NCBI GenBank assembly: GCA_029564175.1
Contig: JAKQQL010000123.1
Coordinates: forward strand, 1 to 10,341
DNA: 10,341 nt
Direction of reading: 5' to 3'
Origin: Candidatus Cloacimonadota bacterium
GTDB lineage: Bacteria; Cloacimonadota; Cloacimonadia; Cloacimonadales; WRIO01
Shown: positions 5,871 to 10,341 of the stretch, piece after piece
Layout of the letters: each line of letters starts with the position of its first letter
Position numbering within the stretch: the first letter of the stretch is position 1
Program-made: the position numbers and the translations under genes
Notes under the pieces: generated by a model
What the model was told of the DNA's origin: nothing
The model's input: the letters and a program-made list of their open reading frames with translations, nothing else
Databases searched by the model: none

Positions 5871-7004
5871 TTACTGGCCTTTCTTCTTATCTTTAGCATT
5901 ATTTAGTGAGCTTGCTTGCTCTTTATTTGTTTCTTTCACTTTGTCATCTTTACTTTCCTGAATTTCATTTTCATTATCAGAGGTTACAGCGGGAGGCTGA
6001 GACTTATCATTATTTTTTTCTTTTTCATTCATTAAGGAGTCAGCAAGGGTCTTCTGATTTACAAGTTTTTTTTCATTTTTTTTAATGGGAATTTTTTTAA
6101 TCTCTTGTTTATCTCTGGCTGATTGTTGATATAGTAAAAAAGTCAGAACAAGGCTCAAACAGATAAGCAAGCTAAGCAGAATATAAGAAAGATTCCTTTT
6201 AACAAGAAGAAAATATGTTTTCACTTTACCTGTTTTATTAAACGCTATGGGGTTATTTCCCTTGACGACATTTACAATCTGAACCGTGATATTATCATCA
6301 CCTCCCCGTTGATTAGAAATACTGACAAATTCTGAGCAGGCATTCTGAGTCTCCCGCTTGAGTATTTCCTGTATCTCTGAATCATTAAAATAGCCATACA
6401 TACCATCTGTACAAAGTAAAAATTTATCTCCCTGAAAGACAGAATAGGGTCCTGAGACATCCGGAGTACCGTCTTTTGCGCCTAATGCACGGGTAATTAT
6501 GTTCTTTTTAGGATGAGAGCGAGCCTGCTCTTCGCTAATCAAGCCCCCGTCTATCATTTGTTGTACTAATGAATGGTCTTTATTCAGCCTTTGTAATTCA
6601 CCCTGTCGAAGCAGATAAATCCGGCTGTCTCCCACATGCGCAAACCAGAACTGATGTTCTTTAACCAGGAGCATCACAATCGTTGTCCCCATATCCGATA
6701 AAGCTGAATCCTCGCCTTGTTTTTCTTTAATAACCTGATGTGCTCTGTGTAAAGCGCTAAGAATTAAATGATGAATATTGTCTGTCATTTCAGATGATAT
6801 GACCTGTTTAACTGTTTCCACTGCCAGCTGTGAGGCAATCTCACCGCCCTGGTATCCGCCCATCCCATCACATACAATGACCAGTTTTCCGTTTACAGTG
6901 TCATAAGTGCCGTAATAATCCTGATTTTTTTCACGAACCATTCCCATATGAGTCATATTCCCGATTTCAAGAATCATTTCCTTACTTTTATGTGATTTCT
7001 TCAT
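5871..7004 (-). CDS. PP2C-family (Stp1/PrpC-like) Ser/Thr phosphatase with C-terminal TM helix and charged tail
   Basis: GMVREKNQD, VCDGMGG, MGTT, HVGDSR, DHS, LCTDG and GGDDNIT motifs; TM YILLSLLICLSLVLTFLLY; ATGA overlap with the upstream gene. Confidence 0.95.
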   Translation of the reverse strand: MKKSHKSKEMILEIGNMTHMGMVREKNQDYYGTYDTVNGKLVIVCDGMGGYQGGEIASQLAVETVKQVISSEMTDNIHHLILSALHRAHQVIKEKQGEDSALSDMGTTIVMLLVKEHQFWFAHVGDSRIYLLRQGELQRLNKDHSLVQQMIDGGLISEEQARSHPKKNIITRALGAKDGTPDVSGPYSVFQGDKFLLCTDGMYGYFNDSEIQEILKRETQNACSEFVSISNQRGGDDNITVQIVNVVKGNNPIAFNKTGKVKTYFLLVKRNLSYILLSLLICLSLVLTFLLYQQSARDKQEIKKIPIKKNEKKLVNQKTLADSLMNEKEKNNDKSQPPAVTSDNENEIQESKDDKVKETNKEQASSLNNAKDKKKGQ

Positions 7005-8554
7005 AATTTTATCTTTCCTTCGACAGCGCCTATTTTAAAGGAATCGTTGTTTTTTAACTGCTGAAGTTGTATCTTTATGCCGTTGATATAAGTACCATTG
7101 GTTGAATTCAAATCTTCAATATAGAAGATATTGTCTGTTGCATATATTTTTGCATGATATGAGGAAACTGCAGATTCAGAAAAAACAATCGTGTTATCAG
7201 ATTTTCGACCTATTGTGGCACCTGATAAACTGACTTGATAGGTCTGACCGCTGTTGGGACCAAACACCACTTCCATCTGAAGACCTGAAGACTGACTTGA
7301 TTGAGACTGAGTCGGATTATAGTCCATTATCATTGTTTTTTCTCTTCTATCCTGTTTTTCCTGTGGAGAAGTATAGCTTGTTTTATCCGTAAAACCAGGC
7401 TGAATTACCGGATTAAATGACATCTCTGTCTTTTGTTTTTCAAGTTTATCTTCAAATTGTTTTTCCGCTTTTTTCTTTTCTTCATCGAATTGTCTTTGTT
7501 GCGATTCCAATTCTGCTTTCTGCTTTTTAGACTTGCGAACAAAATACCAGACAGAGAGAATTAATATCAAAGCAAAAATACCTGATATCATATAAATCAG
7601 ATGATTATCTTTTTCATCAATTATTTCAGGTGTTTTTTCTGCCGAAACGCCTGCCGGAAGAGTTACTTTTGCATTAACTGACTGTTTACTGTTCTGATGA
7701 TTCAGACTGATAACTGCCTGATGCTCTAATCCGTCTCCCTGAATGCCATAAACCATATATTGAAGAAGATAAATTTTTAAAATCTGCTCATATAATAGTC
7801 TGTATTGTTTTTGCAGTTCATCAAGAGAAGGAGAATGATAAAAACTGCCACCTGTTTTGTCTGACATTCTTTCAAATGATTGTAAAAAGCTTTTATCTAC
7901 AGCTGAATACCCTAATGAGAATACAGGAATACCTGACTGATTTGCCAGCGTGATGACATCATCTTCTGTGTAGGAACTGGCAGGATTCTCATTTTTGCCG
8001 TCACCTATGATAATCTGAATTTTACCGCCACGATGTGAGCTTTCAGACAGTTTTTGTAATCCCTTATATGCCCCGTAATACAAGGCTGTCTGATTGCCTT
8101 TGCTGGTCAATTCGTTTACTTTATCTCTCAGATAGGATTTGTCATTACTGAAATCAGAGATTAATTCTGCATCATTGGCGAAAGCTACGATTGCCACTTT
8201 ATCAATATCACGCATTTCATCAATAAACTGAACAATGGATGATTTCATCGCCTGAAGCGGAGCCCCTTTCATTGAACCTGAGATATCAAGGCAAAGCATG
8301 ATATACAATGGCTGACCGCTTTCTTCGTAAGTCATAACACTCAGAGAGTCCGTATTCTTAGCATCCAGCATCACAGAAAACTGTCCTGCCTTCAAACCGG
8401 AAACCGGTTTTTTAAAAGTATCAAGCACCTGTACAGAAGATATAATCAAAGGATAATTCTCTGAATCCGATTTGATATGCTTCAACTGAAAATTTGCTGA
8501 AAAGAGTGATACACTCATTGCAAACAACAAGATGATGACGAGATATTTTTTCAT
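7001..8554 (-). CDS. Exported vWA domain - TM - cytoplasmic FHA domain protein
   Basis: Signal peptide; MIDAS DISGS, TALY and IGDG; TM LIYMISGIFALILILSVWYFV followed by RKSKK; charged coiled-coil-like stretch; FHA motifs TIGR, VSSYHA and STNGT; ATGA overlap with the upstream gene. Confidence 0.92.
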   Translation of the reverse strand: MKKYLVIILLFAMSVSLFSANFQLKHIKSDSENYPLIISSVQVLDTFKKPVSGLKAGQFSVMLDAKNTDSLSVMTYEESGQPLYIMLCLDISGSMKGAPLQAMKSSIVQFIDEMRDIDKVAIVAFANDAELISDFSNDKSYLRDKVNELTSKGNQTALYYGAYKGLQKLSESSHRGGKIQIIIGDGKNENPASSYTEDDVITLANQSGIPVFSLGYSAVDKSFLQSFERMSDKTGGSFYHSPSLDELQKQYRLLYEQILKIYLLQYMVYGIQGDGLEHQAVISLNHQNSKQSVNAKVTLPAGVSAEKTPEIIDEKDNHLIYMISGIFALILILSVWYFVRKSKKQKAELESQQRQFDEEKKKAEKQFEDKLEKQKTEMSFNPVIQPGFTDKTSYTSPQEKQDRREKTMIMDYNPTQSQSSQSSGLQMEVVFGPNSGQTYQVSLSGATIGRKSDNTIVFSESAVSSYHAKIYATDNIFYIEDLNSTNGTYINGIKIQLQQLKNNDSFKIGAVEGKIKL

Positions 8555-9195
8555 TTCATTTCCTCCGGATTGACAATGACCACTTTCAGTTTGACATTAC
8601 CCATCTTAATGATATCTCCATTGCTGAGTTTGGTCTTTTCTTCTATCAGTTCATCATTTACAAAAGTGCCGTTCGTTGAGAGCTGATCCTGAATCCATAG
8701 TTTATTATCACGGTACAGGATGACTGCATGGTCATCTGAAACACCAGTTGCATTCAGAACAAAATCGTTGCTTTGATTATTCCCGATTTTACTTCTGCCA
8801 ACCACGATGCGAAAATCAGTTCCTTCAGGATTTAAATCATAGGTAACCAGCCAACCGATAAGTTTTCTCAATGAACTTGCCTGTAAGGGTAATTCTTGTT
8901 TGTTTTCCTGAGGCGGTGAATAAATCATTGTCCGGTCACTATTGTTTACAGAAGAGTTTGTTTTGGACAACACAGGCTGAGAAATGTCAACCCGTGTACG
9001 GTCAGATACATCGGATATCATCTGTGTTTTCTGACTGGAAAAACTCTGTTGTGACGGGCAAAACGGGCAGGCATTTAAGTCAGCTGAATAATTATGTCCA
9101 TTAGAGCAAGTCTTAAAATTACTCATCTTAGCGCCACAATTCTTACAAAACAGAGCATTATCAGGATTTTCTTTTTTACAGTTTGTACATTGCAT
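8551..9195 (-). CDS. Zinc-ribbon plus FHA domain protein
   Basis: CTNC...FCKNCG and CSNGH...CPFC at the N-terminus; Ser/Thr/Gln-rich linker; GWLV and FHA motifs VSDDHA and STNGTFVN; GGAGAG RBS. Confidence 0.9.
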   Translation of the reverse strand: MQCTNCKKENPDNALFCKNCGAKMSNFKTCSNGHNYSADLNACPFCPSQQSFSSQKTQMISDVSDRTRVDISQPVLSKTNSSVNNSDRTMIYSPPQENKQELPLQASSLRKLIGWLVTYDLNPEGTDFRIVVGRSKIGNNQSNDFVLNATGVSDDHAVILYRDNKLWIQDQLSTNGTFVNDELIEEKTKLSNGDIIKMGNVKLKVVIVNPEEMK

Positions 9196-9204
9196 TTTTC
9201 TCTC

Positions 9205-10341
9205 CTATAAATTATATGTATTTTTAACGCGTTCGGATTTATAAAAATAGATTAACCAACAAATTGTATTGATTAAATTGATGAATACAAAGATTGCAGC
9301 CTCTCCAGATAAGAACATAGCAATAAATAAAATTATACTCTCAATAATCAATATAAATCGGGTGAAATTAACACCGGAAGGATTTTTACTCCATAGCATT
9401 AAACCTGAAATTACATTGAATAAAAGACTTATAAAATATAACCCTGCGTAATCAGGCTCATCAACCATGTTGCCTATCTGATAAACTGTATTTATGAAAA
9501 CAGCACCGATACAGTATAACAAGAGCCAGCCACCAACCCCGACAGGTCCTGTGATTTCTTCTTTTTTTGTTTCAATAGCAATTTCCTGAGCTTCATGCTT
9601 AAGAAGAGGCAGATCAGATTTAACAGCCTGCAGGATTTCAACACATTGAGCAAATCTTTGCTGAGGTAATTTTTGTGTCATCTTGTTTAATATATCAATC
9701 ACCCGATCAGAAATGTACGGATAATATTTTCTTGGGTCTTCAAGCTTCTGATTAACGATTTCGTTCATGATTTCAAAATCGCTTTCAGTATTTGTGTTAT
9801 AGGGCAGTTTACCGGTCAGCATCTCATAAAAAGTAATCCCTAAGCTGAATATATCGGTGCGTTGATCAATCGTCTTTTCAGCTCTGACCTGCTCCGGACT
9901 CATATAGAAAATCGTGCCGACTTTTGCACCGGTTTTGGTCATGTGTTTATCGCCAACAATCCGGGCGATACCAAAGTCCATTATTTTCACATTATCTTCT
10001 GAATCCAGTATGATATTGGATGGTTTGATATCGCGGTGAATAATCCCTTTTTTATGAGCATAACCCAGCCCTTCCAATAACTGGTTCAGGATTTTTAAGG
10101 CTCTGGATTCCGGAATCGGACCGGTTTGACGGATGACATCTCTTAAAGTTCTGCCTTCAGCATATTCCATAACCATACAGTAGAGATTATCCTGCCTGAA
10201 AAATGAAAACAGGGAAACAATATGCGGATGATGTAATTGTGATTGAATCTTAGCCTCATTGACAAATCTCTCTGTAAACTGCTGATCACTGGTCAAAACA
10301 GGATTCAATACTTTGATAGCCACTTTTCTCTGAAGTAAATC
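9205..10341 (-). CDS. Hanks-type Ser/Thr protein kinase (5'-truncated by the window edge) with a C-terminal multi-TM DUF2569-like domain
   Basis: Frame is open to the edge (DLLQRKVAIK). RFVNEA, HRDIKPSN, DFG, GTIFYMSPEQ and DIFSLG motifs. C-terminal GVGGWLL...YFYKSERVKNTY with about 4 hydrophobic segments. Confidence 0.95.
   Translation of the reverse strand, partial: DLLQRKVAIKVLNPVLTSDQQFTERFVNEAKIQSQLHHPHIVSLFSFFRQDNLYCMVMEYAEGRTLRDVIRQTGPIPESRALKILNQLLEGLGYAHKKGIIHRDIKPSNIILDSEDNVKIMDFGIARIVGDKHMTKTGAKVGTIFYMSPEQVRAEKTIDQRTDIFSLGITFYEMLTGKLPYNTNTESDFEIMNEIVNQKLEDPRKYYPYISDRVIDILNKMTQKLPQQRFAQCVEILQAVKSDLPLLKHEAQEIAIETKKEEITGPVGVGGWLLLYCIGAVFINTVYQIGNMVDEPDYAGLYFISLLFNVISGLMLWSKNPSGVNFTRFILIIESIILFIAMFLSGEAAIFVFINLINTICWLIYFYKSERVKNTYNL

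Noticed and set aside
2327..9451. ORFs 2327-2686(+), 6272-6460(-), 8871-9104(+) and 9269-9451(+)
   Set aside because: Shadow or alternate-frame ORFs overlapping well-supported genes.

Overview
AT-rich bacterial window with four parts. (1) The 5' tip of a minus-strand gene, then a sigma70-type promoter and two identical tandem tRNA-Asn(GTT) genes, each followed by a GAAA-loop hairpin. (2) A ~1.43 kb region (601-2049) where a GxxExxY-family putative PD-(D/E)XK nuclease gene sits inside a ~190-bp-period array of alternating, imperfectly inverted 28-bp elements (A and B). The array units carry a homologue of the gene's upstream leader and a copy of its last ~12 codons plus stop, with the gene body replaced by the invariant A element. 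They look like tandem 'empty' cassettes around one 'full' cassette. (3) An arsR-acr3-arsC arsenic-resistance operon on the minus strand. (4) A minus-strand Ser/Thr phosphosignalling operon, truncated at the right edge: Hanks kinase with a DUF2569-like membrane tail, zinc-ribbon/FHA protein, exported vWA-TM-FHA protein, membrane-anchored PP2C, lipoprotein, M48 peptidase and a LEA_2-like protein. The GxxExxY repeat/mini-cassette array is the best candidate for an undescribed system. All family calls come from motif recognition by eye, not database searches.
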